Positions 38,501-51,681 of a DNA stretch of 64,000 nucleotides are shown in pieces. The translations under genes were made by a program, and so were the position numbers. Source of the DNA: Balanoglossus misakiensis (taxonomy: Eukaryota > Animalia > Hemichordata). The notes below the pieces were generated by a model. That model was given only the letters and a program-made list of their open reading frames with translations, had not been told where the DNA came from and did not search any database. Each line of letters starts with the position of its first letter. Position 1 is the first letter of the stretch. The stretch is taken from contig CM082579.2 of NCBI GenBank assembly GCA_040954595.2, forward strand, positions 9,537,625 through 9,601,624, read 5' to 3'.

Positions 38501-40784
38501 TGAGTCTGTAACTGCCTTCTGAATGGTCAAAATGTTGAATGACGTCGACCTTTATCACTGCTACACATGATAAAGATCGGGGACTAAAAGCATCCCGGTT
38601 TTAAATGTAAGGGGTCACAAAAACATTGCCAGGGGAGCTGGGGGGGGGGAATCATAATTATTTTTGTGCTTTAAACTTAAATTTCTTAATACAGTCTCCC
38701 TACATATTATTGCACTGCTTCATGAAAGAGGACTGTCAAAACACATCACTCAGCTCTTAGTACCTCCATGGTACGAACCACTATGGTCAGTAATGTTGTG
38801 GTTGGTCTTGAATTGTGTATTCATATCATCAAAGTCTGATTACATAACAGATACAGACTGTGTTGATAAGGCAGATAAGGCAGTGACTGGTATTTCTGCA
38901 AGGAGTGGGGAAAGAATACCCGACACTGTGTTTTAAGAAGGAGAGCGTCAAACTATGTTTGATCATGGAGAAGGTGGAGTGGTAGCATTTTTCGGTCAAT
39001 CAATTGAGGGAGGCCAAGTATTTTTCCGTGGACTCTTCAGTTTTCGAAAAACACCAGCCCCACCCACTGTTAATTCTGTTCAGGCCCAATGGCTTACAGA
39101 AGGTTCCGGGAATCTCTGAGACAAAGGTTAAAAAAAGTAACGGCTAGGTGAGTACGCATGATCACCAACGCAACTTACAGAGAAGAGTACTACGGCCGCA
39201 ACGGTGATTTTGTATTCGAATCGTTCTGGGTGACAGACACATGACCGTGACTTGCTATAGGAAACACCATCTGGACATAGATTTTGTACTACTTGAAATT
39301 TGAAGTTGCATCTGATACTTGAAGCAATTCAGTGTATCTCTGAGACAAGGGATAATTATAACAGGTGGGACCCAGACAGACAAGCCCTAAAAGTCGCTTG
39401 GCGATTCTCAACACTTTTCGCGTGTTTGTCTGCTTTGAGCGAGCTTCTGGTATACTGAGTTTTGAATTCGGGGATGAGTTGGTAGTATCGGTCACCATCC
39501 ACACGCGTTACATAGAGAGACTGGGAACACAATTTTCTGTAATGCATTTATGATGAAATTATGAAACCCATAGACTTGGAGCAAGTCTAAGTGGAACCGT
39601 ATACTGCAAAAAAAGTGTAGTGCATACAGATCGTTACCTATACCCATATCAAAGGCGATAATTCGGGTTCAGAACTTTATATGAAGAATTTACAATGAAC
39701 ACTCCCAATAGCATAACTCGTAAATTACGGCTGTAAAGTTATCAGTCATGACTACTAGGGAAAGGGGAAAACGGTTTACGTGGACAACGTGAAGATCGAG
39801 TTTAAGTGATTTGGCTTTCTACAAATTGAAAAAATAGGATAACCCCTCCCCGAAAACATTACACAACTACTTGTGGAGGGAAAAAACTTGTTTCCAAGAG
39901 CCTGCTCGCCGTCCTGATCTTATGTACACTATGCAATAAAGGGAAAGAGGCTCCCACCTCATTTATAAATTGCTTTAAGAAATTTATAATTGAGGTTTAT
40001 AATAGTATAGTGTTGCAAAACGATTGGGTGTGTGAGGGGTGTCCCCCTCCCGCATAAGACAATTTTGTAAAATAAGGAGCTCAAAGTCGCATTTTAATGG
40101 AGGACAATTTTTACTTTTGCTGCTGAAAGTTAGCATCGGTGCGATGGCTAGTACTCTGCCCTGGTACACTAGACAAACCAGCTAATACATGTAAATGAAA
40201 TGTGGCGAAGAATGAAAGGGTGGGTGTGGGAGGGGGTATTTGTAAAAAATAACTTAACCAGTTGACCGTGACATTATTCTAGACGACATAGTACTTATAC
40301 AGAACACGCCACCAACTTCAGTCGTGCAGTGTGTTGACCTTTCCGTCAATTTATTTTCCAAAATCGCATACATACTGTATTCCCATCAAAGTTGCTTGCC
40401 AAAGTCCTATTTAACATGTTTATCGTCTCTTTCGTCTACATTACGTTTTACATAATAGATTCTACCATCCATCGAGACAATGTTAACGAGGGTCAACAAG
40501 AAACACCTGGTGATTCTGACGTCATCGCTTCTTCTAATCGCAGGTTTTATCATCTATTGGCAAAGGTAACTTTACCATGATCACGTAACGACATTTTATA
40601 CAATACGAATAGGTCTACGAAATTGGCAAATATTGTAAAGTCGTCTACAGTCAAAATCAAACAATAGTTTCGCAAATGCAAATACTTCTATATTACGATA
40701 GCAGTGAAAGGCCAAATGATTCACTTCGATTAAAATTTTATTCACCAACTACAACTTTCATTCTCTTTTTTCAGTTCTGGATTA

Positions 40785-41867
40785 TTGAAGCTGACGCTTC
40801 TATTTCGTCACGTGATCAGTATAAAACCACCACTTGAAGTTGCCTGCAACGAAACTAGACAGATCATTTTCATTAAAACTCACAAGACAGCTAGTTCTAC
40901 AACTAATAATATCATTCAACGATTTGGATATAGTCGTGGCTTAGCCTTTGCCTTACCGAAAGGTAATCATATATTTAATGAAAAAAAGGCGTTCTCGAGG
41001 GATCTGCTCTATCAGCAAACTCCTGCAGACGAAAAGGGGAAATACTTCAACATTATAGCAAATCATTTGCGATATAATAGACCGGAACTAGACAAAGTTG
41101 TTCCTAATGCAACATATATAACCGTATTACGAGAACCAGTACGGAGATTTGGGTCGGCATTCGGATATTACAATTTCGCGCGTTCCGCTGGCCTCAGAAA
41201 ATCCAAAAATCCACTGGCGGATTTCATGAAGAGTCCCGATAAGTACATTCGGAGAGGGGGCATTCACAAAAATCTCCTGAGAAACGGTATGCTTTATACT
41301 TTGGGGTTTGATACTCGTTTCAGTGACAATGAGAATGTAATTAATGCCACGATAAAAACACTGGACAAGGAACTTGACCTTGTTCTCATCACTGATTACT
41401 ACGAGGAGTCACTTGTGTTGTTGAAAAATGTGTTGTGTTGGAAAATCCAAGACCTTCTTTACATAAGCAAAGGTATACGGAGCGAAAACAGACTCTTTGA
41501 AATCCCCAAACCAGTTGCAGATAAGATATTGAAATGGAATAAGGCTGACGCTCTGTTGTACAACCATTTCAACGACACGTTTTGGAGAAGGGTGCACAGC
41601 TACGGGGATGGGTTCTATCAAGATTTGAACGAATTTCGACTGCAGCAGCAGCAGTTCTACGAGGAGTGCGTGGATGCCAATCGAACAACGATTATCCAAA
41701 AGCGTGAAGAAGGACTAGTCATGAAAACCAACGCCAGCATAGTATGTAAAATCGCATTCCATCGCAATGTTGAATTCACAGATTTGTTGAAGAAGGAAAG
41801 TTGCCGTGGAAGAAATAAGAACTACACAGAAAGTGTATGCATTGAAAAGCAACACTCGGAGGGTTAA
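40785..41867 (+). CDS. Galactose-3-O-sulfotransferase (Gal3ST/cerebroside sulfotransferase family), copy 1, catalytic domain
   Basis: 5'-PSB motif IFIKTHKTASST, 3'-PB motif YITVLREP..RF.SAF.YY, plus LDLVLITDYYEESLVLLK..LCW and WNKAD..LY.HFN.TFW. The N-terminal exon is unresolved (candidate TM-like stretch at 40416-40565). Confidence 0.92.
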   Translation: MKLTLLFRHVISIKPPLEVACNETRQIIFIKTHKTASSTTNNIIQRFGYSRGLAFALPKGNHIFNEKKAFSRDLLYQQTPADEKGKYFNIIANHLRYNRPELDKVVPNATYITVLREPVRRFGSAFGYYNFARSAGLRKSKNPLADFMKSPDKYIRRGGIHKNLLRNGMLYTLGFDTRFSDNENVINATIKTLDKELDLVLITDYYEESLVLLKNVLCWKIQDLLYISKGIRSENRLFEIPKPVADKILKWNKADALLYNHFNDTFWRRVHSYGDGFYQDLNEFRLQQQQFYEECVDANRTTIIQKREEGLVMKTNASIVCKIAFHRNVEFTDLLKKESCRGRNKNYTESVCIEKQHSEG

Positions 41868-44246
41868 GGCCACAACGCCAAGGGTGTCACGTGTTAGTTC
41901 CAATTATATTTGCATGTTAAAGAGGCAAAGTCTCTCTCTCGCGTCATTATATATATATATGTTTGATACAAGACACCGTTTATGTTAACGTACATGTGGA
42001 TATACATGTATAGTGAATCAACGTTCAACCACACACACCTTCAATCCAACTTGTAGACACGAGAGTGAAAAACTCGCCAAAATGAATAATCAGTCTCTAC
42101 CGTTTATTCATTTTGGCGAGATTTTTACTCTCTTATATTCACATTTATGCATTTGTCTTTTACAATCAATTATTGAAAAATATAGTACAAGAGTAAAAAT
42201 GTCTTGGGTAGTGGTCTGCTCTTTATGAGTTCTGTGAAAATATCTCTGGAAAGTTTAATTACATTCGGTGGTGGAACTCTGGCGTTATGGGGCAAATTTA
42301 ATTTTTTTTAAAAATTAAATGCAAATTATTGATTAACATGGCAGAGGTTTGTGGGTAAAATCTGATGTTGATCAACAAACACAGTGTGTATAAGCGCAGT
42401 GCTGCAACTGCACTGTAAATACATATATCTCAAACTGCTTCCAGATAACTGTAGTGATGTCCAAATTAAGAGTGGTAATTTGGAATTATTGCACTATTGT
42501 CATGATACAACCATTCGGATGCTGTTTGGACCCCAGACTCTCACATCACAGCCCACGGTACGCTACAAGCCTGTTTACATTCGGGTATGGGCTGATAGTT
42601 TGGGTCACCGTCCACACACGCTACATAGAGAGACTGGGAACACAATTTTCTCAAATCTATTTATTGTGAAATAATGAAGCCCTTATAGACTTGGAGCAAG
42701 TCTAAGTGGAACCGTATACTACACTAAAAGCGGAGGGCATACAGATCGTTACCTATACCCATATCAAAGGCGATAATTCGGGTTCAGAATATATAAGGAA
42801 TTTACAACGAACACTGCAAATAGGATAATTCGTAAATCACGGCCGTTTTCATTGCAATATTTCATTTTTTTTGATAGCAGGAAATTTTAAATTTTATGTA
42901 CTGATATTTCTTTAATTTATTGGCCATTTTTGTATCAGACAATATCATTTATTGGACAGAATTTAAAGCAATTCCGAGATTTAAGTGGAGAAATTTACAG
43001 CTGAACAAATTTTATCGAATTCCAGGTACGCTATGGGATAGCCCAGGTACATGTACATGGTATTAGATCTTCTGTTTTTTGTTGTTTTTTTTAATGTATT
43101 TTTTAGGAGTGGCGCGTAGCGCCCTCTATTACCAATTTTTAAAAATCTTGTTAAAGTACGCCCTCATCACGCACATCTCACGAGGAAATAGGCTTTCCTT
43201 GGCCTTGTTTATTACCGTGTAACCTGTTACCGTGGAATACAATCGCTGTCTGCAGGAAAACATATTGACTTATACATACAACTCGCGAACGATGAAGAGC
43301 TGAGACTCCTTACTATTATAAGGTGGCCGTTGCTGGGGTGAGTGTGATCGTCGGGCACGGCGGAACGAGTGTTCAACAAGGCTGAACATTTACCGTGTGC
43401 AACCCGTGACATTTTGTCTGAGTGTGATAGCTAGCTGCAACGTGTACTTTTTTGCTTGTGTCGTGTCTTGTCGAATGAATACTGTATTAACACACTGCAA
43501 GACTTCTAAGTTAGAAACGAAAAGGAGAAATCCGACTACCAGCAGGTACAGGCATGACAGGGTCAGTGACCATTGGTGCGAATGCCATATGTCACGTCAC
43601 TGCTCAGACGAAGACGACAGCTCGCTGGGAGAGACTGATTTGAGACTTAGTGCACCAGCCAGGCAGTTGCGTGATTTCTTTCACACAAGTGTGTGTGCAT
43701 CAGCATTATTTGTCGTGATTCCACAATTCTGTGGGTGTATATAATACGTATACGTGATCAATATTTTGGCAGGATTTCTTTCGAATTCTTATCCTTTGTG
43801 CTAATGTCTGATAGTTGTCGATTGGTGGCGCTGTGGCCGCCATCAAACTTCAGCTATGTGGAACCTATTTATTCCAAAACTAGCATTATTATTATACATC
43901 CGTATATAATTTTTGTGGCAGATTAATTATTTTAAAAACTCAGTGATGTTTTATTCATATTCCCACTTAATTAATTTGATGCTGATTGATTGATTGATTG
44001 ATTTTTACTGTCTGATAATTTGTTGTGTCTTTACCTTAATTGGTCTGATTTGCCCAAAATAGCTACACTGTGAATAACAACAGTTTACAATGTGTTAGTT
44101 AGTTTTAATTAATTAATTTTATTGGTTGATTAATTAATTAATCAATTAATTCAATGCCTATTGATTGGTTGATTGATTTTATGGTCAGTGTTATTCTGAC
44201 TTAATTAATGTTTATAATTGTTTTTTTTTATTAGAAATAATTCAAG

Positions 44247-47200
44247 ATGGCTGACCCCCAGCTGTACCACAGTCTGCATTCCTGTGCTGTAAGAGCAGGG
44301 AAGCATAAGAAGTATAATATTTCAGGTAAGATGCCCAGTCATTGCTGTGTTATTTGCGTATTGTGTAAGTCAAACTTTGTATGAAACTAGAATAGGTGCA
44401 GAGTTTAAAAGCAAAGTTGTGACTTTTGTGCCGTTAAAAACAATGGGCCATGTGTTGTTTGTTCTTTTTCCTGCGCTACATGCATATCCTCCCATAAAAA
44501 CTGCGCAGCTACACCAGATCTGGCCGGGACTCGTGGAGTTCGGAAAATGGTCTGTAGCGAAACAGGCGTTACTAATGCCTTATTGCCTGATGATGTTGCT
44601 GTTGTGGCTTCATTGACTTCACAGCACATCACTCCTCGCTACACCCATCACACATGATGCAAGACTCGGACGAGGAGACGTCGAGCGAGGAAGACATCGA
44701 TGAACCGCTAGACTTCAGCCTGAAATCCTCCCATTCGAACGCCAGCACGGCCTACACCAACGAGGTGCTGCAGCCCTTAGACTACAGCTGCCGCAATCAG
44801 GGGACGGCAGACGAGGAGCTGCGACACTTCACCTTCCCCCCGGAGGACTTGCTCTTTGACGAACACCCCCAAGACTACACCCCGGAGTACAGTCAGGTTA
44901 CCTCAAAGGCTGACCGCATTCCGGGGAGGGGTGGTGAGCAGCCCTTGGCGGCGGAGGGGTTCGCCAGACCGCCAGAGAGAGACGACAGCGACGGGGACAG
45001 CCAAGCAGACGAACCCCCCAGCGGACAAAGTGAACTCATCTGCAGACAGTGCAAAGACACCAACACGCAGCATTTGTTCATCACAGTAATCTGTGGCCAT
45101 GTCAGATGTCGGCGGTGCGTTTGTAGATGGAGTCGGTGTCCCTGTGCTGCTGAGGAAGAAGGTATTGGTTGTTGTGTATTTTGTAAATAATAACAGAAAC
45201 AAACTATCAGTATCGATAATGTGCGTTGAAAATCTCACTGTTATTTTAGAATAAGTACTGATCGTGGTTTGTATTTCAGGTTCACACAGCCATGGAAGAT
45301 GCTAATTCTGTTTCCTTGGTTACAGGTTACACCAGTGAGGAAGCAAGAGATGAACCAGAATCGCCTCCGCGAATCAGCGTTAAGCGGGAACCAGTGGAAC
45401 TCAGCAGTGACGAGACGGTGGACACGGATGTAGACACGAGGGAGGAGGACATTAACAATCACACCAGGACTGAGTCTGACACCGACGCAGCAAGCGCAAG
45501 TGTCGGCGAGGAGGCCAGGCCAGGCCCAGCGTTGAATATCAAAGAAGAGGGGGAGGAGTCGCCCTGTCTCTTCGACGCCCCTCCAGGTGCAGATTCCGAT
45601 GCGGAAGTCGGCACTGATGCAGTCGCAGCCTCCGAGCCAGTCGCCGAGGAAACACCGCAGAACGGGGACGCGGATGTCAAACCGGCGATTGCTCCTCCCC
45701 CGTCTTTTGCCAGTGTGGCAGTCGGCACGGAGTCTGTCGCTACGGCGGACGTCGGCACTGATGCTGTAGCAGCAGCAGCAGCCTTGTCGGTCACCGTGGA
45801 TACACCCCGAAGCTGGGATGTTGACGTCAAGCCTGTCGTGGCTCCCCCGTCTGTTGTCAGCGTGGGGGTCGGCACCGAGTCTGCGGCGAGGGCCGAAGTT
45901 GGAATCGGGACTGTCGCAGCATTGACATTTGGTAGGGGAGTGCCGGCAGACGTGGACGTTCATGTCAAGCCGGCCATCTCGTCCACTCTTGTCGACGTGG
46001 GAGTGGGCACAGACTTTGTAATCACGCCTGACGTTTGCCCCGATGCCCCCACTGCCACTAACAGCAGTCTCGATGTCAGAGCTGACACTGCCATTTGTGA
46101 CTCTGCAAATCTGAACAGGGTGGGAGACACTACAATTATTGCAAATCAGACATGTAAACACTGCCGTGCCAAACTTTCAGCAGACGGCGCACCGGCTGCT
46201 GGGAATACGGTCGAGAAGGTTGACGTGGGCGTTTGCACAACGCACAGCATTGTAACCATGGACACCAGTGTCGACGGGTCGCCGTTTACTCTCTTTGTGA
46301 CCAATATTGACGACAGCCCGGAGGACGTTCCGACGCGTGCTTCCCACGCGCTGGTCGTCGACGTCAAGGATATCACCGTGTCAACGTCCGATGTGGGTGT
46401 CGATACCGGGGATTTACCTGACAGAACGCTTGGAATGAGCGCCATGGCCGCCAGCACTGTGGCCGGTTCAGCGGTGTTACGAACCCATGTTAGCGTGGAC
46501 ACGCAGGATTTGCGTGGCGCGACCAAGGCTGCACTCACTGTCGACGTTGCGGTAGGGAACGATACGGCGCCAAACTGCGCGGATGTCGCCACGGATACAG
46601 GGGTCACAAAGTGTGACGCGAGTGTTGACACCCGAGGCCTGGTGGCGACGTTCACCGTCAGTACAGCGGCTGGACGTGATGCTGCGACCGGCTGCGTGGA
46701 TGCGTCCACGAACACGAAGATTGCGCAGAGTGACGTGAATGTGGACACCCAGGACTTCATCGCCACGTTCACGGTCAGTACATCAAGCTGCACCGACCCC
46801 CGGCCGGACTGTGTAGACGTCGCCACGAATACGAAGGTCATACAGAGTGACGCTTACGTAGATACGAAAGACTTCCTGGCGATGTTCACCATGGAGATGT
46901 CGACGTGCACCGACGCACCCCCGGGGAGAGTGGACGCTACTACTGACACGGAGATTGTGCAGGGTGATGCGAACGTTGACACTCAGGACTTCGTGGCTAT
47001 GTTCACTGTCAGTTCAGCAACGTGTACAAATCCTCCTCCAGAGTCTGTAGATGTTGCGATTAATACACGGGTCGCACAAAGTGATGTGAACGTTGACACG
47101 CGAGACTTCGCGGCCATGAGAACTGCCTGTAGGTCGACATGCACCAATCCTCTGCCAGACTCGGTAGATGCTGCCACCAATACAAAAATACTTCAGAGCG

Positions 47201-50200
47201 ACGTGAACGTTGACACAAAAGACTTTGTGGCCTTGTTCACTGTCAGTACAGGAATGTGCACCAATCCTCTGCCCGACTCGGTCGATGCTGCAACCGACGC
47301 CACGGTTACTCAGAGTGATGCAACCGTCGACACGAGGGACTTTCTGGCAAGGACGACCGTCGACTCTGCAGCAGGAAGCGACACTTTGCCGAACTGTACT
47401 GTGGATGCTGCCACCCTTACGGAGGTCATGCAAAGTGACGTGATCGTGGACACGCGAGACTTGGTGTCGCGGACGACTGCGGATGCAACCACTGGAAACA
47501 GAGCTGTACATGAGTGTGTAAATGCGGCAACTAATACTGTTGTCGCTCCAAAATCCGTACAGCCTGATGTCTGCATTGACAGTGAAGTCGTAGACAAGGC
47601 AACGGTTCGTCTGGCATCTGGGGTTCATGGTTCCAGCAACACACGAAGCAGCCCACGCGTGGATTCAGACTATTCAGACACTGCCGGCAAGACGTTTGTC
47701 AGTCAAAATAGCGCACAGCGCTTGACTAATAGTGCGGAATCTTTTGCGGCGGGTTTCGGCGTCGACGATCGTGTATCAGCTGTTCCACAGATGACATCCC
47801 ACTCCCAAGGAACATCTCCACTGTCTGCGGATTTAAATCAAGAAAGTACTCTGACCGAAACCATCGCATGTGCGCTGTTGTCCCTTGAAGATACGCCCTT
47901 TGAGGAACTGCATACCGATGTCTCCAGGAGTGAGGAATTTGCCGGTCTACCCCTTTTGCCCGACGTAGCGGACATCAGCCAGGTGACGCGAGAGGAGGAG
48001 GTGCACACGGAAGAACACATCGCTGCAACAGACACGTCCAATGCAGAGAACAGAAACACTGGGCCTCGTTTCACAGAGCTGCCGTGTGAATCAAGCACAC
48101 TGTTGAAACTATTGGCCGAGGTAGCACGTAGTGTGGAAACGTCCGCTGAGGAAGTGACCCGAGTTGAAATGTCTGACTCAGAAAAAGTAGCGCCTGCTTC
48201 TGAAGCATTCACTCTTGAAAACCCCAATGTAGAAGTGTCCCAAGTAGGAAACGTGAACTTAGAAACACCGACGGTTGAAAAAAGACCGTGTGTCGAAAAA
48301 ACAGGAACCGTCAGTGTTAACAGGCCCCAGAGAAGGGTCTCCCGCACAGAGAAACCCAATGCAGAACGATCTAACTCTGAAAACTCGCAAAGAAAGATTT
48401 CCACTGTGGAGAAGTCCGATGCCGAGATGCACCACGTGGGGAAGGCAGTGAGGAAAAAATCGAATATGCGAAGTCCCGCAAAAACGTCCCTGATTGGGTT
48501 GCTTCTTGGCGACACTGAAGATGCAGAGGTGACCGCGGCAAAAACCTCATATGCTGCATTCACGGCTGGTGACAGTAACACAGATTTGTCCCACCATGAT
48601 CAAAACCGTTCAGAAGTTGTGCCCTGCGTAGTGTCCCAAGATTTGTCTAACACAGAAAGCAGCATCGGTAAAACGAATTCCGCCAACTGTACAACGGGTG
48701 CGGATGATCAAGTATCGAATGATAACCAAGGCTGTTCAGAAGTAGTTTCTGGCGTAGAGACATCTCTGGACACTGGGGATGGCGCGATCTCAACCGGCGA
48801 AAGCCGGAAGCGCGACAGAGAACATGTAAAAATGTCATCGGGATGCACACTCACACCCACAACCAGACCTTCACTGTTGAACGAAAAAGCCATTCCCTCT
48901 GAGGATGGTGACAGTGATGATGGAATTGGTGGTGGTGGTGATAGCAACGACGATGAACAATTAACACCGGGTAATGATAATACAGACTCGGCCACGACAG
49001 CGGCCTCCTCCAAGGACAATGCTGAGAACACCACCTCATCCTCTTCCCAGGACAAGGCTGAGAGTTCCGGTTCCAGAAAGAGAAAGGGGGAATATATCGA
49101 CAGCAATATCAAGCGGGCAAGGATAGCTTTAACTGATGGTCGTGGAGACAGTGAAACTGATGACCAGACGGAAGGAGAATCAGTCCAAAGTCACCATGTT
49201 ACTCGCTCACGGAACCGAAATCCATTGACGATCACAAAGGATATGGCGCATGATCGGACTGAACGGCACAAATTGGCTCTGGTGAGGGCTTTCCTCCTCG
49301 TACACTACAAGAATTCGTCCGACGGAAACAGCCAGGTGAGGTTGTCGCAGATGATGGCAGAATTCGAGAAGTATTGTGAGAACCACGGATTCAAGGGCTG
49401 CGCAAGTGTGGACGGTGATGCCATAACGTACGCCGCGCAAACCACTTTCAAAGACTGCGATTATTGCGGACAGCGCAAGCTCTTTACAGGGATCGAGAAA
49501 GCGTCGCCAGCGTCCGTACTATCCTTGTTCAAGCCTGGCACCGCGCTGGTTGTGGAGGACTTCGAAACCGCGGCCGTTGATTTCTTGGCGCGGAATTACG
49601 AGCCGTGCGCGGGTAGTCTGTTGTCGGCAGGCTTCATCACACAGCATTTCATGCGGGAGTTAAGAGCCAAGGACTTGGAGCTCATACCTCCGTTACAGAG
49701 CACGAGTTACTTGCACCGGCAGTTCGGACTGAACCAGTGTTCAGTGGCGTTTGCCAACTGCAGATACGACGTGTCGCTGGCAATGGTGCACGGGCTGCGA
49801 ATGAGACAGGACGGAGTTGCAGAATTCAGAGACGTCGGCGGCGGCCGCCAGAAAACGGCCAAGAACCCCAGGAAGAGAACAAAAACTGCCGCAGCTGGGG
49901 ACGGCAGAAGGAGACAGGCGGCCAAACCTCGCATAGCGGAGACCGCAGTCAACCACATCGAACGGTGCAAAGACGGCAGGATAGTGATATCGAAGGGCAA
50001 AGTTTACGAGGTGCTGTTTCGGTCTTTCATCATGGTGAACTACGAGGCCACCGACTCCGCTGAGGACCAGGTGGATCTTGTCTACGTTGAAAACTCTTTT
50101 AAGCGAGAGTGCGACAAACAGGGTCGCCACCGGTTCCCGCTCGCGATCCTTCACAAACTGCGCATCATGGGGATCATCAAGACCAAGTTCCCGACGTGTG

Positions 50201-50592
50201 TGTATGACCAGGGCAGCTTCGCCAAGCTCAAGAAGGTACCGGTGTGCGACATCATGGCTAAGGTCAACAAGTCCAAGCAGAACGTGCTGGATTTCTTGGC
50301 CGTCGTCACCTTCTTCATCAGTCGGCTGCTGCTGGGGTCGCTACAGAATTTTGTGCTGGCCACCGACTTGGTGGCCACCTTCAGGGAGTACTGCGAGGTG
50401 CACCACTACAAGATACCCGGGCCCTACCACGAGGACGTCGTCTTGAAGACCATATCCGGGCAGATCTGCACCTCGCTGTTCCGGAACTGCTTCTTTGATG
50501 ACAAACTCTTCATCGTGTACGGCGTCTGCAAGAAGTCGAACAATGTCAGAACGCTGGATGAGGGCGTCGGTGACTTCTACCCGGTGTCGTAG
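44247..50592 (+). CDS. Uncharacterised nuclear protein of about 1960 aa: PLDxS motifs, RING finger, Thr/Asp/Val repeats, four RFX-like winged helices (exons 44247-44325, 44625-45161, 45326-50592)
   Basis: 5.3-kb open last exon. Two phase-1 GT-AG introns (TCAG|GTAAG..ACAG and GAAG|GTATT..GCTAAT-pyrimidine tract-TACAG) join the 178-aa and 1766-aa ORFs in frame. Domains were recognised by eye. Confidence 0.8.
46480..47540 (+). repeat. Coding minisatellite, 117-bp (39-aa) period, about 8-9 units
   Basis: DxxVDT[QRK]D[FL] recurs at 46615, 46732, 46849, 46966, 47083, 47200, 47317 and 47437. Confidence 0.9.
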
Positions 50593-51574
50593 CTGCAGTG
50601 TGACCCCGTACTTACCAGACACAGGTGACACTGGTGTTTTTCGACAGGAAATGGTCTCTCTTTCTCGAAATGACAGTGTTGATTCCTGAACAAAATGGCT
50701 CCCTGTGCACGTCATGAGTTGCAACCATTGCCAAATTTTATGACTGATCGAAGTGTTTTTCCTTGTCTGCATCAGTCATTTTGAAAACTCCTAGTTACAG
50801 ATAACCTTGCGTTGGTCAATCGTGCTGGACAATTATTCTTACAATTCAAAATGCCAAAACAACTCCAAATGCTATATAATATGTATGATATCAAGCAGTA
50901 TCATAAAAATTTGCCAGTTGCAGTTTTATTCCAGCAGGTGTATGCAAATTCAAAAATCATACCAGAACGTCATTTTTTATATCTTTATTATAATGTATAG
51001 CAAATTTGATAAAAACTTGCACAAATAATGGACAGATATATTTAAGGTATACTTGTGTGTGTAGGCAGTCCTTGATCGGTTAAACTTAATTAACATACAT
51101 ATCATACTACTTTTTTTCTGTAATATGCCCAAATTATATTTTTCAGATTATGTAATGATGTTTATATATTCTGCATGGAGTTTTACATGTAATCCGTGTC
51201 ATAAATTCAGATATCTATTTTTTTAAATTTGTGCTAGTAGTGAAGTGATTTTTTGAGAAAAATCTTTTAACAAAGTTATGTTTTATTTATCTGTAACACC
51301 CAAATGTGCCAATAGCAATCAAACTCGTGATCATGACATCATGAAATAAATGTTCCATGTTGCATATCAGAAACCATTGTGTGAGGGAGTGTTATGGGAT
51401 GGGTTGAGTGTGAGTATTTACAGTGCAGTTGCAGCACTGCGCTTATACACACTGTGTTTGTTGATCAACATCAGATTTTACCCACAAATCTCTGCCATGT
51501 TAATCAATAATTTGCATTTCAAAATATTTTAAAAGTGCTGACTCGGCAAAAATCAGAAAGAGCAGACCACTGCC

Positions 51575-51681
51575 TGGACTAAAAGATTCAGTCGTGTGCG
51601 GGCGCTCCGACAATGCCTCGTCCCGAAAGGGTCTTAGGCGGAGAGCCAGAGCGCCCGCACAAGACTGAATCTGTCAGTCTC
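51575..51681. mobile_element. 107-bp palindromic MITE with imperfect 9-bp TSD (second, internally deleted copy at about 60076-60168)
   Basis: Inverted repeat AGATTCAGTCGTGTGCGGGCGCTC/GAGCGCCCGCACAAGACTGAATCT, flanked by ACCACTGCC/ACCACTACC. The empty site is present in the inverted paralog at about 42205-42225. Confidence 0.8.

Noticed and set aside
45241-50772. Many antisense and alternative-frame ORFs over the 1766-aa exon
   Set aside because: Shadow ORFs with no independent motifs or splice support.
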